Source: an uncultured Holophagales bacterium
Lineage (GTDB): Bacteria; Acidobacteriota; Thermoanaerobaculia; Multivoradales; UBA5704
DNA: 64,000 nucleotides
Assembly: GCA_963842525.1 (NCBI GenBank)
Contig: CAWJGT010000014.1
Span: 96,001-160,000, forward strand
Direction: 5' to 3'
The position numbers and the translations under genes were made by a program. Shown here piece by piece: positions 24,820-38,276 of the stretch. Within the stretch, counting starts at the first letter, position 1, and the number at the start of each line of letters is the position of its first letter. Below the pieces are notes generated by a model. That model was not told the origin of the DNA. It did not search any database and saw only the letters and a program-made list of their open reading frames with translations.

Positions 24820-26253
24820 CTACTCCTCCCGCACAGCCTCGGGGGCCCGCCCGAAGTCGCCAGGCATCTCGGCCGCGGCATAAGCGGCCGCGGCCCAGGC
24901 GGCGACGTTCTGGTCCATGTCCTTGGGGTCGATCTTGTCGAGCGTGTCGTTGGCGGTGTGGTGCCAGTCGAAATAGTCCGTGCCGTCCTGGTTGAGGCTG
25001 AGGACCGGGACGCGGGCCGGGGTCATCGGGATCAGGTCCGCTCCTCCGCCGGCTTCGTTGTTGCCGCGCTCGATGCCGAGCGGAGCGAGCACCTTGGCGA
25101 TCTGGTCGACAACCGGCAGCGTCTCGGGAGCGACCCTTGTGGAGATGCGCCAGACCTTGCCGGAGCCGAAGTCCGACTCGCCGGCCAGGACGTGCCGCGG
25201 CAGCTCGGCCTCGTGCGCCTGGGCATAGGCTCGGGCTCCGGAGAGGCCGAACTCCTCGTTGGCGAAGAGCACGACCCGGACTGTCCGGCGGGGCCGTTGT
25301 TTCAGCGCGCCGATCCGCCGCGCCGCCTCCATCACGATGGCGCAGCCGGCGCCGTCGTCGACTGCGCCGGTCCCCGGATGCCAGGAGTCGAGATGGCAGC
25401 CGAGGAGGACGATCTCCTCCGGCTTCTCCCGTCCCGGGATCTCGCCGATCACGTTCGCCGACTCGGCGTCGGGGAGGTGGCGGCTGGTCAGCTTCAGGCG
25501 GAAGGTCACCGGCTTGCTGCTGGCGACCTGGGCGGACAGCAGATCGGCGTCCGGGTTCGAGAGCGCCGCCGCCGGGATGCGCGGCACGCCTTCTTCATAG
25601 CGGAGCGAGCCGGTGTGGGGCGTGCGGTTGTTGTCGGTTCCCACGGAGCGGATCAGGACCGCGACCGCCCCGAGCTTCGCGCCGGCCGAAGCTCCCCGGC
25701 CGCGCGCACCGACCGCCTCGCCGTAGCCGGAGCCGTCCTTCCGGCGCTCCATCCGCTTGCTGATGAAGACGATCTTGCCCCGGACCGCTTCCGCATCCAT
25801 CTTGTCGAGCGCTTCGACGGAAGGGACCTCCACGACCGGCGCCTCGATCCCGCCGTCCGGCGTACCGACGCTGCCGCCAAGGGCGATCAGCACCACCGGC
25901 TGCGGCCAGGGCGCGGTGATCCACCCTTCCCCCGTGCCGATGTCCCAGTGCGGGACCGTGACCTTCTCCGCGCGGACGTTCTGGAAGCCCAGCTCCTTCA
26001 TCGTCCGCAGCCCCCACTCGACCGCCCGGCGGTCTCCCTCGGAGCCCGCCGGGCGCGACCCGACCTCGGTGGTCAGGGAACGGACGATTTCGAAGGCTCC
26101 GGTGCCCTGGAGGGCACCGTCGCGCAGGGAGGCTGCGGTGGCTAGGGTGGCCTCCGGGAGAGGGGTGATCGGATCGGTGGCGTCGGCGGCGCGGCACGAG
26201 GCGGCGGCCGCGAGGAGGAGGATTGCGGAGAGGATGGAGGCCGTGGTCCTCAC
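24820..26253 (-). CDS. M28 family metallopeptidase (carboxypeptidase Q-like, PA domain)
   Basis: NVIGEIPG, GCHLDSW, GAVDDGAG, ANEEFGL, HHTANDTLDK. The signal peptide begins at GTG 26253. Confidence 0.92.
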   Translation of the reverse strand: MRTTASILSAILLLAAAASCRAADATDPITPLPEATLATAASLRDGALQGTGAFEIVRSLTTEVGSRPAGSEGDRRAVEWGLRTMKELGFQNVRAEKVTVPHWDIGTGEGWITAPWPQPVVLIALGGSVGTPDGGIEAPVVEVPSVEALDKMDAEAVRGKIVFISKRMERRKDGSGYGEAVGARGRGASAGAKLGAVAVLIRSVGTDNNRTPHTGSLRYEEGVPRIPAAALSNPDADLLSAQVASSKPVTFRLKLTSRHLPDAESANVIGEIPGREKPEEIVLLGCHLDSWHPGTGAVDDGAGCAIVMEAARRIGALKQRPRRTVRVVLFANEEFGLSGARAYAQAHEAELPRHVLAGESDFGSGKVWRISTRVAPETLPVVDQIAKVLAPLGIERGNNEAGGGADLIPMTPARVPVLSLNQDGTDYFDWHHTANDTLDKIDPKDMDQNVAAWAAAAYAAAEMPGDFGRAPEAVREE

Positions 26254-26451
26254 CCCCTGTCCCCCTCTCCCATCTCCCACCCGCCCCATCCCCGGGAGAG
26301 GGGGGACGTTGATGGGGCGGTCTGCGCGAGTCCCTGGCAGCCCATCTGCGGAGGGCTTGTCTCGACCTTGCCTCGGACGCTCTGCCTGCGTCCCCCCTCT
26401 CCCGGCGGGGGGTGGAAGGGAGATGGGAGAGGGGGACAGGGGGTGAGGACC
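26245..26451. repeat. Palindromic repeat family A, full copy
   Basis: GGTCCTCACCCCCTGTCCCCCTCTCCC...GGGAGAGGGGGACAGGGGGTGAGGACC. Confidence 0.9.
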
Positions 26452-26486
26452 CGCCGGGCGTACCGTCATCGTCCCTGTCCCGATCC

Positions 26487-27614
26487 TCAGGCCGCGACCG
26501 GCAGCCGGTTCATCTGCCGCAGGGTCTGCTTCCACTCCGCGAGCGCCTTCTCGAGGGCGTGGTAGGTCAGGCCCAGCCGGGTCTCCCAGGGCATGTGCGA
26601 CTCTTCAGCGGCTGCCGCCTTCCTGGCCGGGCGCCGTTGCAGCGTCAGCAATTCGTGCAGCGCGGCCTGCAGCCGGGCATGGGCCTCGTGCAGGCGCTTC
26701 TCGGCGTCCTCGCGGAGGTGGTGCACCACGTTCTCCATCCTCTCCCGCGCGGCCTCGAACTGCAGCTCAACCTTGGCCTTGAGCACGGCCGCCTCGGGCG
26801 CCCGCCGGATGTCCTTGACCAGGCCCACCTTGGACATCAGGTAGATGGCCCACTTGGCGGGGTCGAACTGCCAGACCTTGACGCCGTTGCGGTAGTCGAA
26901 CGGGAAGCTGTGGTGGTAGTTGTGGTACCCCTCGCCGAACGCCAGCACCGCCATGATGCCGCTGTCGCGGGCGCTGTGCTCGCGGCTGTACGGCTGCCGC
27001 CCGATCATGTGGCAAAGGCTGTTGATGAAGAAGGTCGTGTGGTGGCTGACCACGACGCGCAGCACGCCGCCGATCAGGAGGCAGCCCAGCAGCTCGCCGG
27101 TGAGCAGGCCGACCACCAGCGGGATGCCGAACGCCACGCCGAGGCCGAGGAGCACGTACCAGCGGTCCTGCCAGACCACGAGCCGGTCCTCCATCAGGTC
27201 GCGGACGACCGTGCGGCTGGGCTTCTCGCTCTCGAAGAAGATCCACCCGATGTGGGCCCACCAGAACCCCTTCTGGATGTTGTAGGGGTCGCGCTCCTCG
27301 TCGACGTGCGCATGGTGGACCCGGTGGTCGGCGGTCCAGGCGAGGACCGAGTTCTCGAGCGCGCCGGCGCCGAAGACCAGGAAGAAGAGGCGCACCGGCC
27401 AGGCCGCCTGGTAGGTCTTGTGGGCGAAGAGGCGATGGTAGCCGCCGGTGATCGACAGCCCGACGGCGAGCCAGATCCCGGCAAACGTCAGGGTCTCCGG
27501 CCAGCCGAGGCCGTGCGTCATCAGATACCAGGGTGTACCGACGAGGGCGATGAGCAGGGTTCCCAGCAGGAAAATGGTGCTGGTCACATTGACACGGGGT
27601 TTCTCTTCGGCCAC
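26487..27614 (-). CDS. Acyl-CoA/fatty acid (delta-9-like) desaturase
   Basis: His boxes GYHRLFAH, HRVHH, GEGYHNYHH, and INSLCH. Confidence 0.93.
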   Translation of the reverse strand: MAEEKPRVNVTSTIFLLGTLLIALVGTPWYLMTHGLGWPETLTFAGIWLAVGLSITGGYHRLFAHKTYQAAWPVRLFFLVFGAGALENSVLAWTADHRVHHAHVDEERDPYNIQKGFWWAHIGWIFFESEKPSRTVVRDLMEDRLVVWQDRWYVLLGLGVAFGIPLVVGLLTGELLGCLLIGGVLRVVVSHHTTFFINSLCHMIGRQPYSREHSARDSGIMAVLAFGEGYHNYHHSFPFDYRNGVKVWQFDPAKWAIYLMSKVGLVKDIRRAPEAAVLKAKVELQFEAARERMENVVHHLREDAEKRLHEAHARLQAALHELLTLQRRPARKAAAAEESHMPWETRLGLTYHALEKALAEWKQTLRQMNRLPVAA

Positions 27615-27783
27615 GGTGCTCTCCGGGAAATGATCGGCGTACCGACCCTGTTATCCTTCCTTGACCCTCCCTGATCCGGGCAGGTACGCTGCGGACCACG
27701 GATTTGTGACGGCGCGGAGAGGATACCAGAGTGGCTGCCCGGCCGACGCCCCTATTCTTGCCAACACCGAGAGGAGACGAGAT

Positions 27784-28164
27784 ATGCCCCGATCCCTGAC
27801 TTCCCTGACCACCCTTGCTGTCCTCTGCCTCGCGATGGTCGCCGGGGTCGCCGGCCCGGCCTTCGCCGCCGAGAACGGCATCCGGCCGGCCCTGAAGCAG
27901 GTCGAGACCAAGAAGGTCTGCATGGTGAACAACCAGGTCTTCGACAAGGACCAGATCCCGGTGCAGGTCGATGGCAAGACCTATTACGGCTGCTGCGAGA
28001 TGTGCAAGGAGCGCCTCGCCAAGGACGTCGAAGCGCGGACCGCGACCGACCCCGTCACCGGCAAGAAGGTCGACAAGGCCACGGCCGTGATCGCCGCCCA
28101 GCCGGACGGCAACGTCCTCTATTTCGAGAGCCAGGAGACGCTCGCGCAGTACGGCAAGAAGTAA
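27784..28164 (+). CDS. Secreted TRASH/YHS-domain protein
   Basis: Signal peptide; CMVNN...GKTYYGCCEMC, DPVTGKKVDK..LYFES. Confidence 0.85.
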   Translation: MPRSLTSLTTLAVLCLAMVAGVAGPAFAAENGIRPALKQVETKKVCMVNNQVFDKDQIPVQVDGKTYYGCCEMCKERLAKDVEARTATDPVTGKKVDKATAVIAAQPDGNVLYFESQETLAQYGKK

Positions 28165-28201
28165 GAGGGCGGCTCAGAAGTCTTCGCAAGGTCGCCGCCG
28201 C

Positions 28202-28352
28202 GGTCCCTCACCCCCGGCCCCTCTCCCATCCGCACTCACACCCGCCCGGGAGAGGGGAGCCCCCACCCAAGAGCTTCCTGATCGTGTATTTCCCCCCTCT
28301 CCCGGGGGAAGGGAGTGCGGATGGGAGAGGGGGGCCAGGGGGGTGAGGGACC
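28202..28352. repeat. Palindromic repeat family A, full copy
   Basis: Very similar to the 19594 copy, including the internal spacer (GAGCCCCCACC..GAGCTTCCTG). Confidence 0.9.
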
Positions 28353-28483
28353 TACCTCGCCGCCCCGGCCGGCGTCCCCAACACCTGCTGCACCCATCCT
28401 TCGATGGCCGCCGCCACAACAGAACGGCCGGCCGAAGGGATTCCGGTCCCTGTGATACGTTCGCTCCCATCCAGGAGGCCGCC

Positions 28484-29287
28484 ATGAAGCGATACAAGGT
28501 CAAGCCGGGCAAGAAGGTGAACCTGACGCGGAATGACCCGGGCGACACGCACGAGGCCCCCAAGGGCAAGGCGAAGACCGAGAAGATCTTCGCCGACCTC
28601 AACGGCCGGCTGGAGGAGATGCAGGAGCTGCTCTGGGCCGGGCACCGGCACAAGGTGCTCATCGTCCTCCAGGGGATGGACACCAGCGGCAAGGACGGCG
28701 TCATCCGCCACGTCTTCGAGGGGGTCAACCCCTCGGGTGTCCAGGTCGTCTCGTTCAAGGCCCCGACCCCGGTGGATCTCGATCACGATTTCCTCTGGCG
28801 GGTCCACCCGCACGTGCCCGGACGGGGTGATCTGGTGATCTTCAACCGCAGCCACTACGAGGACGTGCTCGTCGCCCGCGTGCGCAAGCTCGTGCCCGAG
28901 GAGGTCTGGCAGCCCCGCTACCGCCAGATCTGCGATTTCGAGCGGCTCCTGGCCGAGACCGGCACCACCATCCTCAAATTCTTCCTCCACATCAGCGAGG
29001 ACGAGCAAAGGAAACGGCTCCAGGCCCGCCTCGAAGACCCCACCAAACGCTGGAAGTTCCGCAAGGGAGACCTCGAGGACCGCGCTCTCTGGGGCGACTA
29101 CATGAAGGCTTACGAGGACGCCCTGGAACAGACCAGCACGGACGAGGCGCCCTGGTACATCGTGCCTTCCGACAAGAAGTGGTATCGCAACCTGGTCGTC
29201 GCCACGATCCTGGTCGAAACCCTGGAGAAGCTCGACCTCCGCTCTCCGGAACCGGAGGAGGACCTCGAAGGGCTCGTAATCGAGTAG
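28484..29287 (+). CDS. ppk2: Polyphosphate kinase 2 family (class III-like)
   Basis: LQGMDTSGKDG Walker A, HDFLWR, IFNRSHYEDV, KFFLHIS, APWYIVPSDKKWYRN. Confidence 0.95.
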   Translation: MKRYKVKPGKKVNLTRNDPGDTHEAPKGKAKTEKIFADLNGRLEEMQELLWAGHRHKVLIVLQGMDTSGKDGVIRHVFEGVNPSGVQVVSFKAPTPVDLDHDFLWRVHPHVPGRGDLVIFNRSHYEDVLVARVRKLVPEEVWQPRYRQICDFERLLAETGTTILKFFLHISEDEQRKRLQARLEDPTKRWKFRKGDLEDRALWGDYMKAYEDALEQTSTDEAPWYIVPSDKKWYRNLVVATILVETLEKLDLRSPEPEEDLEGLVIE

Positions 29288-29346
29288 ATGCGGCACCTCC
29301 TTCTATGTGGGGGGAAAAGTCAACCCTATACAAGGAGGAGGAGCAC

Positions 29347-31450
29347 GTGAGGACTTTTGCTTCGAAGCGTTTTTGCGTCGTAGCACTGGCAGCGGCAGTG
29401 CTGTGTCCGTCGTTGGCCTTCGCCATCCAACCGCCCACCGAGCCGGAGGAGCTGGCGCTGACTCGTGCAGCCATCTTCGCCCCTGCGGTTGCGGTCCCCG
29501 AGCTCGACGTCGCCCCCTCGCTGGCGATCTACGAGCGGGGGTCCCGCCAGGCTGCGGACCTCGAGCAGACACAGCGGTTCTTCGCCCACCATTCCAATGA
29601 CTGGGAAGTCCGCCTGGACACCCGCGGCAACCGGCCCAACCTGATCCAAGGCGCCGGCGTTCCGCTGCTGCCGGGCCGGGGCAACCGCCTGACCCGCGAG
29701 GAGCTGCGGCTCGGGCACGACGGCGCCATCCGGCTGGCCGACGTCGAGGCCCGGCTGCGCGGCTTCCTGGACGAGTTCCCCGAGCTGCTGGGGTCTCGCA
29801 GGATCAGCTCCGGCTCGATCCGAGCGGCCAGCGTCAACGTCGGCCCGGACAAGCAGCTCTGGTTCGTCGAGCTCCAGCAGTTCCACCACGGCGTCCCGGT
29901 CGACGGGCGCCAACGTCTTCTTCCGGATCAACAACGGCAACATCGTCCAGCTCGGCGCCGAGCGGGTCGGCCGACGTCCGCATCGGCACCCGTCCCCGGA
30001 TCAACCGCGAAGCGGCCTTTGCCGCGGCCCTGAAGGTGCTCGGCGCCCGCGTCTCCCAGGTCACCGAGATCGTCAACCCCGGGCACGCTCCGGATTCGTC
30101 CCGACCCTGACCGCGGGAGAGCGGCCGGCCGAGAAGCTTCACCGGCACCCGCGGACGCGGCTATCAGCCACCTCCTGGTCTGGGCGGTCGCCTTCCGCCG
30201 CGCGGGTGACGCCGCCACCTGGCAGGCCGAGGTCGACGCCAGGAGCGGCAAGCTCCTGCAGCTCGTCGACCTCAACTACTACGCCCAGGTGACCGGCGGC
30301 ATCTATCCCACGACCAACACCGACCCGGAGTCGGTCCGCGGCCTTCCCGTTCGCCAACGTGACCAACGGCACCGTCAAGATCACCGACGCCAACGGCAAT
30401 TACACCTACTGGCGGCGGCACCGCCACCTCGACCCTGAACGGCCGCTATATCAAGATGACCGACAACTGCGGCGCGATCTCGCTGTCCAACAGCACGACC
30501 GGCAACCTCGCCTTCGGCACCAGCGGCGGCACCGACTGCACGACGCCCGGCGTGGGCGGCGTCGGCAACACCCACGCCAGCCGCACGGGCTTCTACCATC
30601 TGACCAACATCAACCGGAAGGCGGCCGGGCTTCCTGCCGGGCAATGCCTGGCTCAACGGCACGCTGACCGCCAACATGAACATCAACAGCACCTGCAACG
30701 CCTTCTGGAACGGCAGCACCGTCAACTTCTACCGCTCGGGCGGCGGCTGCTCGAACACCGGCGAGATCGCCGCGGTGTTCCTCCACGAGTGGGGCCACGG
30801 CATGGACACCAACGCGGGCGGCGCGGCGAGCGACAAGGGCACCGGCGAGGCGGTGGGTGACACCTTCGCCTTCCTGGAGACCAAGGACGGTTGCATCGGC
30901 CGAACTTCCAGCCGGGGGTCAACTGCGCCAATTGCACGCAACCTGCACGGGCGTCCGCGACGTCAAGGCGTTCTTCGCTCCGGGGCAGCCAGGACGATCG
31001 CCAAGCCGAGCACGGTGGCGGACAACAACGGCATCAACTGCGACCGCTTCTCCTGCCCGTACTACCAATTCATCTTCATCGGCGCCTACCAGGGGCCCAT
31101 GGGCTACGAGGGGCACTGCGAGAGCTACATCGCCAGCTCGGCGAACTGGGACCTCGCGCAGTCGCTGGTCAGCCACTACGGCACGACCGCCGGCTGGGCC
31201 GCCATGGATTCCATCTGGTACAAGAGCCTGACGCCCAGCAAGAGCCGCCTATCAAGTGGCCTCGGGCGGCAAGTGCAACCCGGCCGCCACGGTGAACGGC
31301 TGCGGCGCGACCAACTGGTACACGGTCTACCTAGCGGCCGATGACGACGACGGCAACCTGGCGAACGGCACCCCGAACGCCTGCCGGATCTGGGACGCCT
31401 TCAACGCCCACGGGATCGCCTGCGGCAGCAGGCCGACCTGCACGGTGTAA
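29347..31450 (+). CDS. Secreted zinc metalloendopeptidase with FTP/PepSY-like propeptide (M4/M36-like); multiple frameshifts
   Basis: Signal peptide; QQFHHGVPV and VDARSGKLL propeptide motifs; CNAFWNG, FLHEWGHG and a downstream GEAVGD, all across frames. Confidence 0.8.
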
Positions 31451-31655
31451 CCTCACCCCCTGTCCCCCTCTCCCATCGCACTCCCTGCCCCCGGGAGAGG
31501 GGGAACGTTGTTGTTGCTCTGAGGGAATAGCTGGCAGTTTCTTCTCAGAGACTCTATTTTTTCGAGAAAACCTCGACCTCGCCTTAAAGCTCCAACTGCG
31601 TCCCCCCTCTCCCGGTCGGGGGGAGTGCGATGGGAGAGGGGGACAGGGGGTGAGG
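31451..31655. repeat. Palindromic repeat family A, full copy with an AT-richer internal spacer
   Basis: CCTCACCCCCTGTCCCCCTCTCCC...GGGAGAGGGGGACAGGGGGTGAGG immediately after TAA. Confidence 0.9.
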
Positions 31656-31675
31656 TCTGCTATCCTCACCCGACC

Positions 31676-33355
31676 TTGAGCCGCAACGATCCTCGCAAGC
31701 CGTCCCGGGCGCAGCGCCGGGCCGCCGCGGCCGCCAATCGCCAGGGCCGGAAAGGCCCCGGGCCGGCCGGCTCGCGCGCCGACCTTTGGATCTCGCTGGG
31801 CCTCACCCTCCTCGCCTGGCTCCACCGCCTCGCCTTTTTGCGCTCGAACCGGGACTGGGACTGGCCTTACACCATCTTCTACGAAGGCGACTCCGAGACC
31901 TTCTTCCGCTATGCCCGCGCGCTCCTCGCGGGCCAGCTCTACGACAGCGGCATCCCCTTCCATCCGCCGGGGTTCGCCTGGGTGCTGACCGTCGTCCATA
32001 GCCTGGTGGGCGCGGGCGATCCTTATACGAAGGTCCCCTATTTCGCGGTCAAGGCCGCCGTAGCGCTGATCGGCAGCGCCTCGATCGGCCTGCTCCACGC
32101 CGTGGCGCGGCCCTATCTCGGCCGGACCATCTCGCTCGTCGCGGCTCTCCTCTCCCTCTACTCGTTCGGCCTCTACGTCCTCCACGTGGCGCCGGTGACG
32201 GAGGGGACATACCAGACGCTCCTCCTGCTCTGCCTTCTCCTCTGGACCCGCCGCTTCGAGCATCCGCTCGCCGCACCGCTCGAAAGTCCGCGGCCGGGCG
32301 GCGTGGGAAGCGCCCTCCTTCTTAGCCTGATGCTGGGCCTGATGCTGGGATTCCTCGCCCTGATCCGGGCGGAAGGCGTCCTGGTCGGCCTGATCCTGGG
32401 CGGGATCGGACTGCTGGGCTGGTGGAAGAAACCGCGCCCTCGCGAGTGGGCCGGCCTCCGGCCGTGGGCCTTGGTCCTCCTCGGCTGGGTTGTGATGGTG
32501 GCGCCCTGGACGGCCCGCAATGCGGTTCGCCTGGCGGATTTCAACGCGCGGCAGGGAGCCTCCGAGCACCTCCCCACCTTCGTGCCGATCACGATCTACG
32601 GGCCGATCAACCTCGCGCTGGCCAACAACCCGCAGGCGGACGGCACCTTCTCCCGCGCCTTCCTCAGCTCGGCGTCGCACTCCGACGTGCTCGACCTGCG
32701 CGACCCGCAGCACCTGCGCTTCTTCCTCCACGGCGACGAGATGGCCTGGGACTGGATCAGGGCCGATCCGGGCGCCTTCGGGCGGCTCCTGCTGCGCAAG
32801 TGGGGGCACTTCTTCGACGCCTGGCGGCTCGGCTGGACGCAGTGGGACTGGCCCGGCGGGCTCGCCGGCGTCCGCTGGCCGGTGGACGTCTTCGTCCCCG
32901 ACTCCGGGATCGGTCTCTGGATCGGCCCGCCCCTGGCGTTCCTGGGCCTGGTGCTCTGCCTGGGAACGGCCGGCGGCCCGCGGCGCTGGGCTGCCCTGGT
33001 CCTCCTCCTGACCTCCGTCGGCCTGCTCGCCACCGGCCTCTTCTTCGGCTATGCCCGCCAGGGCCTCCTCTATCTCCCCTTCTGGAGCTCCCTGGCCGCC
33101 GCCGCCCTGGTGGCCCTCGTCCGCCGCCTCACGCACCGCGGTGAAAGCTGGGGTCTCCCGTCCCCGGACGCCCCCCTCGCACCCAACCTGCTCCGCATCC
33201 TGGGCGGCGCCGCCCTCGTCCTCCTCCTGCTCGAAGCCTGGGGAGCGACCACCGACCGCAATTACAAGGCGACCGGCACCAATGTGGCCGGGGAGACCTA
33301 CCTCAACCGGGACGATCCGATGCGGCTGGAGGTCCTGCCGCCGAAGCCGGAGTGA
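31676..33355 (+). CDS. Polytopic membrane protein, GT-C type glycosyltransferase (ArnT/PMT-like)
   Basis: Many TM segments; GDSETFF, FHPPGF, VTEG, ALIRAE, PWTARN motifs. Confidence 0.7.
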   Translation: MSRNDPRKPSRAQRRAAAAANRQGRKGPGPAGSRADLWISLGLTLLAWLHRLAFLRSNRDWDWPYTIFYEGDSETFFRYARALLAGQLYDSGIPFHPPGFAWVLTVVHSLVGAGDPYTKVPYFAVKAAVALIGSASIGLLHAVARPYLGRTISLVAALLSLYSFGLYVLHVAPVTEGTYQTLLLLCLLLWTRRFEHPLAAPLESPRPGGVGSALLLSLMLGLMLGFLALIRAEGVLVGLILGGIGLLGWWKKPRPREWAGLRPWALVLLGWVVMVAPWTARNAVRLADFNARQGASEHLPTFVPITIYGPINLALANNPQADGTFSRAFLSSASHSDVLDLRDPQHLRFFLHGDEMAWDWIRADPGAFGRLLLRKWGHFFDAWRLGWTQWDWPGGLAGVRWPVDVFVPDSGIGLWIGPPLAFLGLVLCLGTAGGPRRWAALVLLLTSVGLLATGLFFGYARQGLLYLPFWSSLAAAALVALVRRLTHRGESWGLPSPDAPLAPNLLRILGGAALVLLLLEAWGATTDRNYKATGTNVAGETYLNRDDPMRLEVLPPKPE

Positions 33356-33358
33356 ACG

Positions 33359-35449
<2,091 letters not shown>

Positions 35450-35652
35450 GGGGACATTGTGGCACTCCCCACCTTACAGACTGCATTACCCCGGCGCTCC
35501 TCCCCTCGCGAGAGCCTGGCAAGGTTCCTGCAGTAAACAGGGGCACGAGGGGCCGGAGGGCCAACCGGATCCGACACCAGAGCCCCTCGTAAGTCACGGA
35601 AGGAAGGAGGCTTACGATGATTAGCAACGAACGCAATCGCACCGGCGCCTTC

Positions 35653-36024
35653 ATGCGCCTGCTCCTCTGCGCCGCCCTGTTGACGGCGCTCCCGCTGGTC
35701 ACCGCCTGCGGCCACAACGAGAACGCAGGCCCCGGAGACCAGGCCGTTCAGGTCCAGGTCAACGACCAGCAGATCCAGATGCCGGCTTCTCTGCCGAGCG
35801 GCATGACCACGTTCGAGGTCACCAATACCGGAAGCCTCGAGCACAGCTTCGGGATCGCCGGCCCGGCCGGTGACAAGGTGCTGGATGAGCCCCTGAAGCC
35901 CGGCGAGACCGCCGAGCTCGAGATGGAGCTGGGCACCGGCACCTACCGGGTATACTGCCCTGGCGACCGAGCCATGCAGGTGGCCCTGAACGTCACGCCC
36001 AACGTTGGCGCCGGGCAGGGTTGA
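35653..36024 (+). CDS. Cupredoxin-like lipoprotein
   Basis: Lipobox LVTAC; FEVTNTGSLEHSF..LKPGETA..GTYRVYCP. Confidence 0.7.
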   Translation: MRLLLCAALLTALPLVTACGHNENAGPGDQAVQVQVNDQQIQMPASLPSGMTTFEVTNTGSLEHSFGIAGPAGDKVLDEPLKPGETAELEMELGTGTYRVYCPGDRAMQVALNVTPNVGAGQG

Positions 36025-36095
36025 GCTGAGATCGTCATGATCCCAGGCGCGTCCGCACGAGTCGGGCGCGCCCCCCGCCGTTTCTTCCCCAAATA

Positions 36096-37208
36096 CTACA
36101 GCAGCTCGCCGAACGGCTTGTACGGCCGGCCCTGGGATACCGCCACCGGCTGGCTGGTGATATGGCCGCGGTAGGTGTTGACCCCCAACAGCAGACCCGG
36201 ATCGTCCTGCACCGCCTGGAGCACCCCCTTGTTGGCCAGGGAAAGTGCATACGGCAACGTCGCATTGTTGAGCGCGAAGGTCGAGGTGCGCGGCATGGCG
36301 CCCGGCATATTGGCCACGCAGTAGTGCACCACGCCGTCCACCACGTAGATCGGGTCGGAGTGGGTCGTCGGACGGGTGGTCTCGAAGCACCCGCCCTGGT
36401 CGACCGCGACGTCGACCACGACCGCTCCTTCCTTCATCAGCTTGAGCATCTCCCGCGTCACGAGCTTGGGGGCCGAGGCGCCGGGGATCAGCACCGCGCC
36501 GATGAGCAGGTCGGTGCGGCGCAGCGCGGCGCGCAGATTGTACTGATTGCTCGCCAGGGTGGTGACGGCGCCGTGGAACAGGTCGTCGATCTGGCGCAGC
36601 TTGTCGAGGTTGGTGTCGAGCACGGTCACCCGGGCGCCGAGGCCGAGGGCCATCTTGATCGAGTTGAGGCCGACGATGCCGCCGCCGAGGACCACCACGT
36701 CGCCCGGGGGCACGCCCGGCACGCCGGCAAGCAGGGTGCCGCGTCCGCCGAGGAACTTCTGGAGGTAGCTCGCTCCCACCACCACCGCCATCCGCCCCGC
36801 CACCTCCGACATGGGCGTCAGCAGGGGGAGCCGGCGCTGGCGGTCCTCGATCGTCTCGTAGGCGATGCCGGTGACATGCCGCTCGAGCAGCACGTCGGTG
36901 AGCTCCGGCAGCGGCGCCAGGTGAAGATAGGTGAACAGGATCTGGCCCGAGCGCAGCAGGTCGTACTCCGGAGTGACCGGCTCCTTGACCTTGACGATCA
37001 TCTCGGCCCAGCCGTAGACGGCTCCGGCGTCGGGCACCAGGCGGGCGCCCGCGGTCGTGTAGTCCTCGTTCGGGATGCCGCTGCCGAGGCCGGCCCCCTC
37101 CTGCACCACGACTTCGTGGCCGGCAGTGACCAGGGCATGCACGCCGGCCGGGATCATCCCGACCCGGTACTCGTGATCCTTGATTTCCTTCGGGATTCCA
37201 ATGCGCAC
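36096..37208 (-). CDS. ald: Alanine dehydrogenase
   Basis: [52 protein letters not shown]. Confidence 0.97.
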   Translation of the reverse strand: MRIGIPKEIKDHEYRVGMIPAGVHALVTAGHEVVVQEGAGLGSGIPNEDYTTAGARLVPDAGAVYGWAEMIVKVKEPVTPEYDLLRSGQILFTYLHLAPLPELTDVLLERHVTGIAYETIEDRQRRLPLLTPMSEVAGRMAVVVGASYLQKFLGGRGTLLAGVPGVPPGDVVVLGGGIVGLNSIKMALGLGARVTVLDTNLDKLRQIDDLFHGAVTTLASNQYNLRAALRRTDLLIGAVLIPGASAPKLVTREMLKLMKEGAVVVDVAVDQGGCFETTRPTTHSDPIYVVDGVVHYCVANMPGAMPRTSTFALNNATLPYALSLANKGVLQAVQDDPGLLLGVNTYRGHITSQPVAVSQGRPYKPFGELL

Positions 37209-37211
37209 GTT

Positions 37212-37757
37212 TTAGCTCCCCGTCTCGGCCGGCGTCCTTGTTGAGGTCCCTGCGTCGCCGCCCTTGGGACGGCGCGGCTCGCTGCCCTTCTCTCGGTCTT
37301 CCCTGCCTCTCTCGGCTCTCTCGCGCTCCCGTTCCTTCTCCGCTTGTTCTCCCTTCATCTCCACCCGGCCTTTGAAGAAGGCCCCTTCGGCGATGACGAC
37401 CCGGGGCGCAGCCATGTCGCCTTCCACGCTGCCGGACGGCGCCACCTCGATGCGCTCCGAGGCATGGACGTTGCCGATCACCCGCCCGCTCACCCGCACG
37501 ACCTGGGCGGTGATGGGCCCCTGCACCATCCCCTCGTTGCCGATCATCACGGAGGCGTCGATCCCGATCTCACCCTCCACCTCGCCCTCGATCAGGAGCT
37601 CGGTAGGACCCGAGAGCCGGCCCTCGATCCGTGTGCCGGGCGCGATGTGGGTGAGCCGCCGCCTCTGGGCCGCGGACGAAGAATGGGATGACGATGCGTC
37701 CGGAGAGCCGGCCGGGGCGGACGAAGGAGCGTTGTCGCGACGAGAAAAAATCGGCAT
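37212..37757 (-). CDS. Bactofilin (polymer-forming cytoskeletal protein)
   Basis: THIAPGTRIEG...IEGEVEG...GSVEGDM..IAEGAFFKGRVEM. Confidence 0.9.
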   Translation of the reverse strand: MPIFSRRDNAPSSAPAGSPDASSSHSSSAAQRRRLTHIAPGTRIEGRLSGPTELLIEGEVEGEIGIDASVMIGNEGMVQGPITAQVVRVSGRVIGNVHASERIEVAPSGSVEGDMAAPRVVIAEGAFFKGRVEMKGEQAEKERERERAERGREDREKGSEPRRPKGGDAGTSTRTPAETGS

Positions 37758-37821
37758 AGACCCCTGACGTATGAAGGGCGGCCGAGCCCAGTGCCCGTAC
37801 CGCCCGGGAGAAACGCGCTAT

Positions 37822-37897
37822 TGGAGCGGGCAACGGGACTCGAACCCGCGACATCAAGCTTGGGAAGCTTGCACTCTACCAACTGAGTTATGCCCGC
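37822..37897 (-). tRNA. tRNA-Gly (CCC)
   Basis: Reverse complement GCGGGCATAACTCAGTTGGTAGAGTGCAAGCTTCCCAAGCTTGATGTCGCGGGTTCGAGTCCCGTTGCCCGCTCCA: cloverleaf, CCC anticodon, encoded CCA. Confidence 0.97.
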
Positions 37898-37988
37898 CCG
37901 ACGAATCGAGCGGAAAGAAATGTATCCAACCCCGGGAGCGCGGTCAAGTAGCGCTCCCAGCCAGGATAGACCGGCTATACTCTGAGGC

Positions 37989-38276
37989 ATGCAAGGCTCC
38001 GGCAGACCGCGCAACGGCGACCGCTCCTCCGAGACCCTCTACTTCTTCCCCGACCAGCCGGTCACGGCGGAGGAGGTCCGCCGGATCTTGCGGCAGGGCA
38101 GTGCCGAGCAACGCGCCTGGGTGATCTCCCATCTCCTGCGCTACGCCCAGTGGGACGACATCTGGACCTACACCAGCCGCGAGGAGGTCAAGGAGATCTT
38201 CAACGACCTCGACCTCCCCGAGAACCTCCGCAACGCCTGGGCCCGCATGCTGAAGATCGAAGCGCCGGTGGGGTAG
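37989..38276 (+). CDS. Small hypothetical protein
   Basis: 95-aa ORF with coding-like composition (RAWVISHLLRYAQWDDIW). Confidence 0.7.
   Translation: MQGSGRPRNGDRSSETLYFFPDQPVTAEEVRRILRQGSAEQRAWVISHLLRYAQWDDIWTYTSREEVKEIFNDLDLPENLRNAWARMLKIEAPVG

Noticed and set aside
37822-37897. tRNA-Gly as an integration site for an island
   Set aside because: No integrase and no duplicated tRNA 3' end were seen, and the flanks are housekeeping-like.
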